From positions 96,001 to 160,000 of the forward strand of contig JAVJSW010000060.1 of assembly GCA_040219255.1 (NCBI GenBank): a stretch of DNA of 64,000 bases, in the 5' to 3' direction. The position numbers and the translations under genes were made by a program. This document shows, piece by piece, positions 48,945 through 59,113 of this stretch (within the stretch, counting starts at the first letter, position 1; the number at the start of each line of letters is the position of its first letter). The notes under the pieces are model-generated. The model ran no database searches and had not been told where the DNA came from. It was given only the letters and a program-made list of their open reading frames with translations. The stretch comes from Sumerlaeia bacterium. GTDB lineage: Bacteria; Sumerlaeota; Sumerlaeia; SLMS01; JAHLLQ01.

Positions 48945-49125
48945 GACAGGAGCAGAGAGGACAGAGGAATTCGCCACGGATGGGCACGGATAGGGGTTGG
49001 ATGTGTTTTTTTGCTTAAGACCTTCTTCGAGCGCCATTTCGTCGCTTGTTCATCGCTGCATCCGACTTCACTATCCGTGCCAATCCGTGGCGATTCTTCC
49101 CTCTGCGCAGCCTCCAACCTCCCTT
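48945..49125. repeat. Nested inverted repeats between divergent ydeP-like and fdhD genes
   Basis: tcgccacggatgggcacggata (48971-48992) vs tatccgtgccaatccgtggcga (49072-49093), one mismatch; outer gagagg/cctc-rich arms. Confidence 0.75.
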
Positions 49126-49142
49126 TTCTCAGTGGTTGACCC

Positions 49143-49967
49143 ATGCTAGAAAAAGCCCCCGCGACCCGCTTTCGCCTCGGTCGGCCCGAGGCGGTGATCG
49201 ACCGCCTGACGATGGAAGCGGCGCTGGAACTCGCGGTCAATGGCGAGCCTTTCACCGTGACGATGCGCACGCCGGGGGACGAGCGGTTGCTGGCCCGGGG
49301 GCTGCTGCATACCGAGGGCGTGGTGAGCGATCCTCGCGCCACGATCGCCTGGCGCGAGGAGCTTTACGACGGCACGCGCATCGTTCGCCGCATCGACGCC
49401 ACCGTCCCGCCGGGGGCGCTGGTCCTCGATTTCGCGGGCAAGCGTGCGCTGCTTTCCACCTCGTCCTGCGGGATTTGCGGCAAGCTCGACATCGCCGCCA
49501 CGGGCCTGGAGGGCTGTCCGGTGAAGCTGACCCATGGCGACCGCCTGGATGTGGCGCGGGTGCCGGAGATGATGCGGCGGCTGCGGGCCGAGCAGGAAGC
49601 GTTCGAGTTCACCGGCGGCAGCCACGCGGCGGCGCTCTTCACGCCGGGCGGAGAATTTCTGGCGCTTTTCGAGGACATCGGCCGCCACAACGCCGTGGAC
49701 AAAGCCGTCGGGTGGATGATCGAGCGCCGCGTCGCCCCCCGCGCCCGTGTCCTGGCGGTCAGCGGACGTGTCTCCTATGAAATCGTCGCCAAGGCCTACC
49801 GCGCCCAGATCCCTTTCCTCCTTGCGGTTTCGGCCCCTTCCGGCCTAGCTGTGCAGATGGCAAAGCAGTTCGGGATCACGCTGCTGGCTTTCTGTCGCGA
49901 CGACCGCGCGACGGCCTACAGCCACCCCGAGCATCTGATTTCAGAGGGATTGTCGGTGACGCCATGA
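49143..49967 (+). CDS. fdhD: Formate dehydrogenase accessory sulfurtransferase
   Basis: TMRTPG, SSCGICG, TGGSHAA, EDIGRHNAVDK, SGRVSYE, VSAPS. Confidence 0.94.
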   Translation: MLEKAPATRFRLGRPEAVIDRLTMEAALELAVNGEPFTVTMRTPGDERLLARGLLHTEGVVSDPRATIAWREELYDGTRIVRRIDATVPPGALVLDFAGKRALLSTSSCGICGKLDIAATGLEGCPVKLTHGDRLDVARVPEMMRRLRAEQEAFEFTGGSHAAALFTPGGEFLALFEDIGRHNAVDKAVGWMIERRVAPRARVLAVSGRVSYEIVAKAYRAQIPFLLAVSAPSGLAVQMAKQFGITLLAFCRDDRATAYSHPEHLISEGLSVTP

Positions 49968-50341
49968 AGCTTCGAATCCGGGGCAACAGCCTGCGCATGC
50001 GGCTGAGCCAGAGCGAGACGCAAGACTTGCTGACCCATGGGATGGTCGAGGAAAGCGTGCGATTCCCCGGCGGCATGGCCCTCGCCTACGCCATCGTGCT
50101 CGTCCGCCAGGGATCGCACGTCACGGCCGCCATGTCCGGCAGCCGCATCGAGGTTCGCCTGCCGGAATTCCTGGCCCGCGAATGGATCGAATCGGATCAG
50201 ACCGGCATCGAACGCGAGCTGGCGCTGGCCGATGGCGAATCCCTCAAACTGCTGATGGAAAAGGACTTCCGCTGCCTCCACCGCCGCAACGGCGAGGACG
50301 AGTCGAACAGCTTCCCGAACCCCGCCGACGAAAGCCAGTGA
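49964..50341 (+). CDS. Conserved hypothetical protein
   Basis: MKLRIRGNSLRMRL..LLMEKDFRCL..FPNP; ATGA-coupled to fdhD. Confidence 0.75.
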   Translation: MKLRIRGNSLRMRLSQSETQDLLTHGMVEESVRFPGGMALAYAIVLVRQGSHVTAAMSGSRIEVRLPEFLAREWIESDQTGIERELALADGESLKLLMEKDFRCLHRRNGEDESNSFPNPADESQ

Positions 50342-50946
50342 GCTTGGTCTGTGGGATTCTGGCCGGGGGGCAGTCTTCCCGCATGGGCCAGCCGAAAGAG
50401 GGACTGATCCTCCCCGATGGGCGCCCCCTCATGGCGTTCCTCTTCGATTTGCTCAAGCCCATCGTTTCCGAAGTCTACGTCGTCGGGGCCAGCCGAGGCT
50501 TCGAACCCGCCCAAGTCCCCGGCCTGCGCCACCTGCCCGACCGCGAACCGGGGCTCGGACCCATGGGCGGATTGCGGACGCTGCTGGAAAGCGGCACCGC
50601 CACCCGCTATCTGCTCGTCACCTGCGATCAACCGCGCCTGACGCGGGGGCTTCTGGATGTCCTGATCCAGGAAAGCCCGCCGGATCGCCCGGCCTTCCTG
50701 CAAACCCAAAGCGGCCAAAGCCTCGCGCCCTTCCCCTCGCTGTGGCCCGAGGCAACCCTCGCCGCAGTGCGCGACGCCATGGAGCGGGGCGAGCGCTCGC
50801 CGCGGCGGCTGCTGCGGGAGCTCAACGCCGTGGCCTGCGTGGCGCCTGTTGGCGCGGAGTTGCTGGTGCAAAGCGTGAACACGCCGGGGGAATGGGAGGT
50901 GTATTTAACGCAAAGGGGCAAAGAGGCCAAGGCGCAAAGGGTGTGA
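50338..50946 (+). CDS. mobA: Molybdenum cofactor guanylyltransferase
   Basis: GILAGGQSSRMGQPK, GPMGG, TCDQP, SVNTP; GTG start overlapping the previous stop. Confidence 0.88.
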   Translation: MSLVCGILAGGQSSRMGQPKEGLILPDGRPLMAFLFDLLKPIVSEVYVVGASRGFEPAQVPGLRHLPDREPGLGPMGGLRTLLESGTATRYLLVTCDQPRLTRGLLDVLIQESPPDRPAFLQTQSGQSLAPFPSLWPEATLAAVRDAMERGERSPRRLLRELNAVACVAPVGAELLVQSVNTPGEWEVYLTQRGKEAKAQRV

Positions 50947-51085
50947 AATCAGGGATGCAGGTTGGGTTCTGGAGCGATGAGCAACCTGAGGATTTCCAGA
51001 AAAATAAATTACAAAAATCTCTACGAATCCACTCCAATTCCCCGCCAACCACCCCCTTTGCCCCTTATGCACCTTTGCGTTAAAT
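50903..51085. repeat. Empty inverted pair of periodic repeats (cgcaaag variant)
   Basis: atttaacgcaaaggggcaaagaggccaagg vs cctttgccccttatgcacctttgcgttaaat; 14 terminal nt perfectly complementary; arms overlap the mobA C-terminus and the mqnC stop. Confidence 0.75.
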
Positions 51086-52186
51086 TCTCTCGTAAAAGAA
51101 ATTCCGTCGTTGCGGGTCGAAGCCCGCTTCGCTGACCAGACCCCGAAGTTCCTCTTCGGTCATGGTGAACTCGGCGCCGGCGGCTTTGACTACGTTCTCC
51201 TCGATCATGATCGAGCCCATGTCGTCGCAGCCGTAGTGCAGGCTGATCTGGCCGATGCGGCCGCCCTGCGTGACCCAGGACGATTGCAGGTGCTGGATGT
51301 TGTCGAGGTAAAGCCGCGCGATGGCGGTGGTGCGCAGGTAGTCCCAGGAGCCGACCTCGCGCAGGTCGGGGCGCAGCTCCGCCAGCTTGGTGTTCGTCGG
51401 TTGGAAGGTCCAGTCGATGAATGCGGTAAAGCCCCCCGTTTCGTCCTGCAATTCGCGTAGGACGCGGAAGTGCTCGACGCGCTCGGCCAGCGTTTCCACG
51501 TGGCCGAACATCATCGTCGCCGTGGATCGCCCACCTAGGCCGTGCCAGGTGCGGTGGACATCGAGCCATTCCTGGGTCGAGCACTTGCCCCGGGTTAGAA
51601 CTTCACGCACCCGGTCTGTCAGAATTTCCGCCCCGCCGCCCGGGATCGAGTCCAGCCCGGCCTCTTTCAGCCGGCCCAGCACCTCTTCGTAACTCATGCG
51701 GTTGATGCGCGAGAAGGCGTGGATTTCCGGCGCGCTGAAGGCATGCAGGTGAATGCCGTACTCGCGCTTGAGGAACCGCAGCATGTCTTCGTACCACTCG
51801 AGCTTGAGCTTCGGGTGCATGCCGCCTTGCAGGAGGACCTGATTTCCGCCCAGGGCTTGGGTTTCCTCGACTTTTTGGCCCAGTTCCTCGTGCGACAGCA
51901 GGTAGCCATCCGGGCTTTTGATGTTGCGATAGAACGCGCAAAAATCGCACACCGCCAGGCAGATGTTCGTGTAGTTCACGTTGCGGTCGATGATGTAGGT
52001 CACCGCCGGATCGGGGTTCAGGCGCCAGCGCATGCGGCTCGCGGCGACGGACAGCTCGGGCAGTTGGGCGTGTTCGAAGAGGTGGAGGGCGTTGGACTCC
52101 GAAAGCCGCTCACCGTCCTCGCAAACGCGCTCCAGGATCTCGCGGACTCTGCTGGTTTCCGTGCTGACAGGCGCAATGGTGGTCAT
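51080..52186 (-). CDS. mqnC: Cyclic dehypoxanthinyl futalosine synthase (radical SAM, futalosine pathway)
   Basis: TYIIDRNVNYTNICLAVCDFCAF, LLQGG, SIPGGGAEIL, TATMMFGH, QSSWVTQG, GSIMIEENVV. Confidence 0.9.
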   Translation of the reverse strand: MTTIAPVSTETSRVREILERVCEDGERLSESNALHLFEHAQLPELSVAASRMRWRLNPDPAVTYIIDRNVNYTNICLAVCDFCAFYRNIKSPDGYLLSHEELGQKVEETQALGGNQVLLQGGMHPKLKLEWYEDMLRFLKREYGIHLHAFSAPEIHAFSRINRMSYEEVLGRLKEAGLDSIPGGGAEILTDRVREVLTRGKCSTQEWLDVHRTWHGLGGRSTATMMFGHVETLAERVEHFRVLRELQDETGGFTAFIDWTFQPTNTKLAELRPDLREVGSWDYLRTTAIARLYLDNIQHLQSSWVTQGGRIGQISLHYGCDDMGSIMIEENVVKAAGAEFTMTEEELRGLVSEAGFDPQRRNFFYERI

Positions 52187-52305
52187 TCCCGAACGTCTTT
52201 CCCTGTGATCGATTGGTGCGCACCGGCCCATCCAGTCCGCTGGCCAGATACTAAGCACAGACAGGACCAAGGGGCCAAGGGGGAAGAGCGGGGCGTGGTG
52301 CGGAG

Positions 52306-55300
52306 TCAGTAGAACATCCAGGCGCTGCCGGAGCTTTCGACCTGGCGCAGGAACAGCGGCGATTCCTGATTCGCGACTCCCGATTCGTTGGTCACCGTCC
52401 CGGCCGGCAGACGCGCTTCGATGGATGCGCTGGGTGACGAAGGAACCAAGTGGAACGTCCACGTGGTGGGGGATTGCTGGCGGAAATCCACGATGGAGGC
52501 GTTCGCCGTTTCCACGTCCGAATCGACGAAGGAACCGGCCTCTGGCGTGGCACTGAAGCGCACGGTCACGGGGATGGAATCGCCGAAGTGGGGGCTCGGC
52601 GCATTGGAAGTCAACGCCGCGTAAAACCCAGCGTTGGTGGGCGTACCGTCCTCGATAAAGTGACTGGCGTACCCGATCCCCAGGGCGCCGAAGTCGAACG
52701 TGACAGACTCCAGATTACCCTGTGGATTGGCCAGCGGAGGCAGAATCTGATTCGAGAAGTAGTCGAGAACCTGATTTCCGAGCAGGGCAACGACTCGAAC
52801 TTCGTCGCCGGGCTTGTAATCTCCGAGGCGTTCGAGCGGGACGGCGAATTCGACGCCCGTCGCCACGAGTCCTGGGTCCGTGCCTCGGAACGGGAAGCCT
52901 TCCGAAAAACCATCGGTCACGCCCGCGCGATTGCCATTGTCGAAGCCAAAGGCAACCCCCCGGTCGGCGCTCGTCAGGGGAGCGAACTGCGCGTCGCCCG
53001 TGATGGTGTTGACGTAGAGTTCCTGCAGACGCCGGTAATTGGCCTCGTGATAGGTCCAATCCTAGGCCCCATCGCTGTTGGCGTCGAAGATCTTGAACCC
53101 CGCGAAATAATCGGGATCAAAGCCTTCCTGGAGCGCGTTGCCTTGAAAGCGGTCCGCCCGAAGCCAGGAATCGCGGGCCCACACGACTTCGGGCAGAACG
53201 GTGAATTCATTGTCGTTGGCAACCAGGTCGAACAAGGCGGCGGCAATGTTGCCGTTGTTCTCGAGATTGCCCGCCAGAAAGACATAGAGGAACTCCTCGT
53301 CGTTGGCCAGGTAGATGGCGTCCAACTCGCTGCCACTCGCTCTGAACGCGCCCGACGTATTGTTGCCAAAGGCGGTGTTGACCGTCTGGACGGCTCGCGG
53401 CGGGCCGTAGCCGCCGTCCAGCCGGCCATCGACGACGATGCTTCGGGCGGGGCCTCGCAGCGCGAAATAGGAAGGCAGCCGGGCGATCGTCCCGGTGATC
53501 TGGTTTCTGCCGGGATGGCGGGCGGTGATCGTCAAGTCCGTCCAGGGACCCTGTGGCGAAGGCGCGGCCGCGATAGACAGGGACTCTTCGTCGATGTTCA
53601 AGACTTCATCTTGCACGTAGCGAAGGGTGATCTCGGCTTGCGAGACATCGGTGCGGTCCGACTCCACGAACCAGAGCACGTCCCCCGCCATTCCCTCCAG
53701 GTTGGTGATTGTTTCGTTCGATCGAGTCAAAGTGGCGGTTGTGATTGAGGCCCCGCCATCGGCCCCCGTGGCCGTCACCGTTCCCGCAAAGGAAATCGCC
53801 GCGCGCAGAGTCGGCCCAAAGTCCGTCTGGAAGGAACGTGTCAATCCGTCGGTTATGCGGTTGAACCGGGAAGCCGATGCCGAATCGTAGGTTGGGTGTC
53901 CTGAAACGATGGTGAAACTGGCGTATGAGAAGGGCTGTCCAAAACCGGGGCTGGTGATGACAAGATCCGTCAACCCATCGCCGTTTACATCGCCCGATGC
54001 CATGCCGTTGTATCCTGGGGTTTGATTCGGAAAGTGGGCCTGATACCGTGTGACCGTTCCTTCGATGAATTGGCTGTCGGGAAGAGACAGATTCGCGGTC
54101 GCCATCGCTCCGGGGGCCGCTGTTCCATCCTGATAGAGCAGCATGTGGGTCATCGAGTCCGGCTTCGGGATGCTCAGTGCGAGGTTTTCCTGGCCGTTGT
54201 TGTCGAGGTCGGCTCCCGCGAGCGTGTGGGCGAATTCCGCTTCCGCGCCCGCGGAGAGGGCGCGGAACTCGCCAAAGGCCGTCGCCGGAGCGCCATCGGC
54301 GAGGTCGATGAGATCGCCGGGCCCAAAGCTTCCGCCAAAGACCACATAGGCTTTCCCTTCGCGGCCCGAGGCGGGTTCCGGCGCGGACGTCAGCAGCAGG
54401 TCCGCGTAGCCGTCTTCTCCCAGGTAGGCGGTGGAGATGCGCCTGCCCAAAGCGTCGCCGTTGTCTTCGCCAACAATCACAGCCGATTCGGCGGGCATCG
54501 CGGCCGTGTCGATGTCCGCCAGAGGCAGGGAGCGGTTTCCGAAGAAAACCAGCACCCGGCCGGGTGTCTGTGGGTAACCAGTCGTAAAGGAGCCGGGGAC
54601 GCCTACGATAAGGTCGTCGACGCCATCGCCGTCGAGGTCGGCGCAGTCAATGGCGGAGCCGAGCCGGTCGCCAGCCTGCGACCCGATGATAACGATGGAG
54701 GATGCGGGCATGGTCTCGACAGTTTGGTCGCCGGCCGCGGGTGGGAGCGGCCAATCGATGGAGCCGAAGAAAAGGGTGAGGCGGCCGGCGCGAAAGCGGC
54801 TGTCTGGAATGGCATCCGGCTCGCCGACCGCCACGTCGTAGAAACCATCGCCGTTGAAGTCGCCCGCTGCGACAGCCGCGCCAAACCAGGTGTCGGAGTC
54901 CGTTCCCTCCAACACGAGAGCCTGCGGATCGGTTGGCGGATTGGACAGGAATCGGCCTCGCAGAGCACGGGTGCCGAAGATGATGTAGGCCTTGCCAGGA
55001 ACCTGATCCACGATGTCGGTCCGGGGTTCGCCGACGATCAAATCGCCAAGACCATCGCCGTTGAGATCGGCTGTGGCGAGTGACGAACCGAAGCCCCGGC
55101 GCGAAGCGCCCCCGGAAATCCGTGTTTCTCCCTCCGTTCCATCGCTGGATACAAGGTCCAGGAAGCCGTATCCCCTCAGGAAATATGGCGTGCCGTAAGC
55201 GATCGCGACTGCCCCCGCATCGAAGGTGGAGGGCGTATCTCTCCGGGGCAGAGCGGTCACGACATCGCCAAAGCCGTCGCCATCGAAGTCGGTGATCACG

Positions 55301-55485
55301 ACTCCCCGATGGCCGAGACCATCCATATCGTGATTGGTGGCGAAGGACCCGACGAAGGTGGCAGGCATGTTTGTTTGGCTGAATTCCGTAAAGGACGGGG
55401 CGAACGGCTGGGCGTGGCCAAGTTGCGTCCCTGCCATCAGGATCAATGCGAGAAGAAGAACGACCGGAATAGAAGAGGGACGCAT
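52306..55485 (-). CDS. Large secreted FG-GAP (integrin-like) repeat protein, interrupted by a single in-frame TAG at 53062-53064
   Basis: Signal peptide, ~7 DxNGDGxxDL repeats; ORFs 53062-55485 and 52306-52920 are in the same frame and the sequence between them is open (..NSDGA*DWTYHEAN..); ends SSGSAWMFY. Confidence 0.8.
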
Positions 55486-55806
55486 GGTGGATGTTCCAGG
55501 ATGATTGCCAAATGAGGTGGCCTAAGGTCTCCGGAGCGGCGAGCCGTGCAAGCAATCAAAATCCCGGCGGTTTGGCTGATGTGCCGCTAAACTCTGGAGA
55601 GCGCACGAAATCGCGCGCGCATTTCCCCTTGGCGCGGAGCTTGACCTTCCTCCAGAGTGGAATGTCTGGTTGGCGTCACGCTCTGGACAGGGCCGTCCCG
55701 GGATGAGGAATCGTGCCTTGATCCGGGGCCCGTTCTCTGGCGCACTGACCGGGCGACTTTTCCAATCCGCGTTTTTCCCTCGGCGCGAAAGAGATCGTTC
55801 TCCCTT

Positions 55807-56763
55807 ATGGCCCATCGCAGTCTTTCCACATTGGTCTTTGCCGGAATGACACCGACCACGGCGGCGACGGTGATTTCGCTGCTGGGCGACGAAGGGTTGC
55901 CCAACGACATCCGCGTTCTCGAGCAACTGCACTACCACCCCTGGCAGGGCAACCGCTCCGGCCTGCTGGTCATCGGCATGGACCCGATGACCGACCTGGG
56001 CAAGGTCTCCAGCCTCATCCAGGAACGCACCACCTGGTGGGAAGTGGCCGTCTGCCTCGCCGAGAGTATCCGCGCCTACGAGCCGGCCCTCCTCGCCCAG
56101 GGCTGCGTCAAGGTCCTCAACCACCCGGAGGATGATCTGACCGGTTGCCGCGACGAAATCCGCGAGCTGCTGCGGACGCTGACGCGCAACGCGGCCGATA
56201 TCCTGGGGCTCGAACTTAGCGACCTTGTCCAGCTTTACGGCGAAAAGCGCGTCCCCAAGACCATTCGCGTCAGCGGCGGCGGCGTCATCGGATCGATCTA
56301 CATGCGCAACGGCAATGTCGTCCACGCCGAAACCATGGACGGCGACGAGGGCATGCCGGCCTTCCAGCATATGTTTGGCATCCGCTCGCCCGATATTCGA
56401 ATCCACAGCAGCTGCCTCACCTCGGCCAACTCGATGAACCTGCCGGCGATGTCGGCGCTCCTCGAAGGCGCCCGCGTCCACGACGAAGTGGGCCGCGACA
56501 CCGGCATGGTCAACACGAACGCGTTCTCGTCGGAAATGCCCTCCGGCGGTTTGCTCAGCGGGCTCTTCGACGAGGAATCGAGTGGCGGTGGCGGCCACGG
56601 TGGAGGTTTCGACGACGTGCTCGACGAAATCGATTTCTCGACGCCCCAGCCACAGTCGTCCCGCCCGAAGACGCACAGCGGCGACAGCCGCCGGCCGGCG
56701 GCCCCATCGCGCCACGAGGACGACCACGACAGTTTCGACTCCCTCGAACTCGACCTGGATTGA
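55807..56763 (+). CDS. DUF4388 (PATAN-like) domain protein with an acidic tail
   Basis: LELSDLVQL..GSIYMRNGNVVHAE..G..AF..ALLEGARVHDE. Confidence 0.75.
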   Translation: MAHRSLSTLVFAGMTPTTAATVISLLGDEGLPNDIRVLEQLHYHPWQGNRSGLLVIGMDPMTDLGKVSSLIQERTTWWEVAVCLAESIRAYEPALLAQGCVKVLNHPEDDLTGCRDEIRELLRTLTRNAADILGLELSDLVQLYGEKRVPKTIRVSGGGVIGSIYMRNGNVVHAETMDGDEGMPAFQHMFGIRSPDIRIHSSCLTSANSMNLPAMSALLEGARVHDEVGRDTGMVNTNAFSSEMPSGGLLSGLFDEESSGGGGHGGGFDDVLDEIDFSTPQPQSSRPKTHSGDSRRPAAPSRHEDDHDSFDSLELDLD

Positions 56764-56798
56764 TTCCCGCTTCCCTCCCGACCCCAACTGCCACCCGT

Positions 56799-57299
56799 AT
56801 GCCCAGGAGACGATCGATTGTGACTTGGAAGACCTGTTTGCCCCGTTTGGCCCTTGTGCTCTGCATCGCCTCTTTGCTCAGCGGATGCGCGGCGATGAAG
56901 ACCACAGGCCGCGTTGTCGCCACACCCGTCACCGGCGTTCGCGACGTCGTCGACGCGCCCCTTGTGTCCGTGACCAACGTCTTCGCCTTCTGGGCCGAGC
57001 GGGCCAACCCCACGCCCCAGCCCGGCGCCGGCGCCGGCTGGTCCTGGAAGGGCGGCTTCAACTTCGGTGTCGGCGTCGATTTCAGCTACTATGTCTTCTG
57101 GGCCGCTTCCGGCCTCTTCGGCGGCGTGGATTATCTCGTCTGCCGCAGCATCTGGCCCAACTTCCCCGCCGGCATCAGTCCCTGGAAGGAACGGGCGGAA
57201 CCCTGGGGCAACCTCTACTTTCCAAACACCCGGGCGCTCTGGGGCAAGGACCTCGACGCCTGGAAGACCGAGGACGAAACGCCGCCCGCCGGCGCCTGA
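56799..57299 (+). CDS. Putative lipoprotein
   Basis: Hydrophobic signal ending LLSG|C lipobox. Confidence 0.6.
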   Translation: MPRRRSIVTWKTCLPRLALVLCIASLLSGCAAMKTTGRVVATPVTGVRDVVDAPLVSVTNVFAFWAERANPTPQPGAGAGWSWKGGFNFGVGVDFSYYVFWAASGLFGGVDYLVCRSIWPNFPAGISPWKERAEPWGNLYFPNTRALWGKDLDAWKTEDETPPAGA

Positions 57300-57413
57300 G
57301 GCTCCTTACGGCACCGCCAGCGCGAATTCCCCACTTTCGAAAAAGACAGCCCTTGAGACATTGCCGCCTGCACGGCTAGAGAAAGCTCCCATTTCTCAGG
57401 AGCTTGCCTTGCC

Positions 57414-58541
57414 ATGCAGTTTGCCCAGCGCCGCCACCAGATCGACTCCAGCGGTATCCGGCGCATCTTCGATCTCGCCGCCAATCTCAAGGACCCCTGC
57501 AATCTGTCCATCGGCTTGCCCGATTACGACGTCCCCGACGTCGTCAAGGAAGCCGCCATCGATGCCATCCTCCATGGCAAGAACCGCTACACCTTGACCG
57601 CCGGCATCCCTGCCCTGCGCCAGAAAATCAAGGCCATGTACGACGCCCGCGGCCAGGCCGCCGTGGCCCAGGACGTCATCGTCACCTCCGGCACCAGCGG
57701 CGCCCTCTTTCTCGTTCTCCTCGCCCTTCTCGATCCCGGCGACGAAGTCATGATGGCCGATCCTTTCTTCGTCATGTACAAACACCTCAGCAACTTCATC
57801 GGCGCCGTCCCCCGGATGGTGGACACCTATCCGGACTTCCGCCTCACGCGCGAGCGCCTCGAAGCCGCCTGGACCCCCCGCTGCAAAATGCTCATCCTCA
57901 ACTCGCCGAACAATCCGACGGGACGCCTCTACACGCGCGAGGAACTCGAGGAAGCGGGCCGCTTCGCGGACGAAAAGGGCCTTGTCGTCCTCAGCGACGA
58001 AATCTACGAGCACCTCGTTTACGAGGACGGCGGCTGCGTTTCCGGCGCCGCCTTCAGCGACCCCGCCCGCACAGTCATCGTCTCCGGCCTCTCCAAGAGC
58101 GTCGCCATGACCGGTTGGCGCCTGGGCTGGTGCGCCGGGCCCAAAGACCTCATCAAAGCGATGTCGGAAATCCAGCAGTACAGCTTCGTCTGCGCCCCCG
58201 CCCCGGCCCAGGAAGCGGCCCTGGCGGCCGGCATGGACTTCGACATGGCCGAAATCCGCCAGTTATACGCCCGCCGGCGCGACCTGATCTATCGCGGATT
58301 GACGGAGCTTGGTTACGACGTGGAGCGCCCCGGCGGCGCCTTCTACATCTTCCCGAAAGCCCCCGGAGGGGACGGCGACGCCTTTGTCGAGCGGGCCATC
58401 GAGAACAACCTGCTGATCGTTCCCGGCAGTGTGTTTAGCGAACGGCGCAGTCACTTCCGCATCTCCTTTGCGGCGAGCGAACGGCAACTGGAACGCGGGT
58501 TGGAAATTCTCTCTGGACTTCTAGCAAAGACCCCCGCTTGA
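57414..58541 (+). CDS. Class I/II PLP-dependent aminotransferase
   Basis: NSPNNPTG, SDEIY, GLSKSVAMTGWRLG, GAFY. Confidence 0.93.
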   Translation: MQFAQRRHQIDSSGIRRIFDLAANLKDPCNLSIGLPDYDVPDVVKEAAIDAILHGKNRYTLTAGIPALRQKIKAMYDARGQAAVAQDVIVTSGTSGALFLVLLALLDPGDEVMMADPFFVMYKHLSNFIGAVPRMVDTYPDFRLTRERLEAAWTPRCKMLILNSPNNPTGRLYTREELEEAGRFADEKGLVVLSDEIYEHLVYEDGGCVSGAAFSDPARTVIVSGLSKSVAMTGWRLGWCAGPKDLIKAMSEIQQYSFVCAPAPAQEAALAAGMDFDMAEIRQLYARRRDLIYRGLTELGYDVERPGGAFYIFPKAPGGDGDAFVERAIENNLLIVPGSVFSERRSHFRISFAASERQLERGLEILSGLLAKTPA

Positions 58542-59113
58542 CCATCGAATCGCGGAAGGTTTTGTTGTGTTTCGGCAAAACGAACGAAAAAATTCGGCCT
58601 TCGCCCTCGACTTTCATCGTCCGCGTCTCCGTCCCTTCTCCCGCCCCAGTCCTAAAATCTCTCTCAGAACAATGCGATGACCTGGAATCATTGAGGTTGA
58701 AGGCGGGAGGAGGCGCCCGCCGGGGGAGATGTGAAAGCCGATTTCGGAGCGTCCCGGTCGGGGATCCCGGAAGAGGGGGGCGGAGACAAAAGTTTGATTA
58801 AGCGCTTGATCCGATGCCCTGGGGAGAGCAACTATTTGCAAGGGGTGATGAGAAGGCGCTTTGTAAGGCTGCAAGTGCGGGTTGTTATCAGATTTTTGCT
58901 TGTGGGACAGAACAATCTCTTGACGAAATCCGCACCGTTCCAACTAATAACCCCGATCACCTGGAGGGTCAGTCCGCCGCACTCACGCTTACGCCCAAAC
59001 CGCAGCTTCACCGAGCGCCAACAGGGCCTGAGCGAGACGAGTCACGGCAGACGCCACCCTCTCCCAAGGGAAAGCAGGCGATCAACATCAAGAGCGACGA
59101 GGTGTCACCATCC

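Noticed and set aside
22636-51085. CRISPR array interpretation of the dispersed repeats
   Set aside because: The repeats are scattered inverted pairs, not regularly spaced direct repeats with unique spacers, and there are no cas genes.
53062-53064. Genome-wide TAG reassignment
   Set aside because: guaA, folE, purB and radC end at TAG at their expected C-termini.
58700-59113. Known riboswitch (e.g. c-di-GMP) before the pilin gene
   Set aside because: Could not match consensus motifs by eye; left as an unexplained leader.
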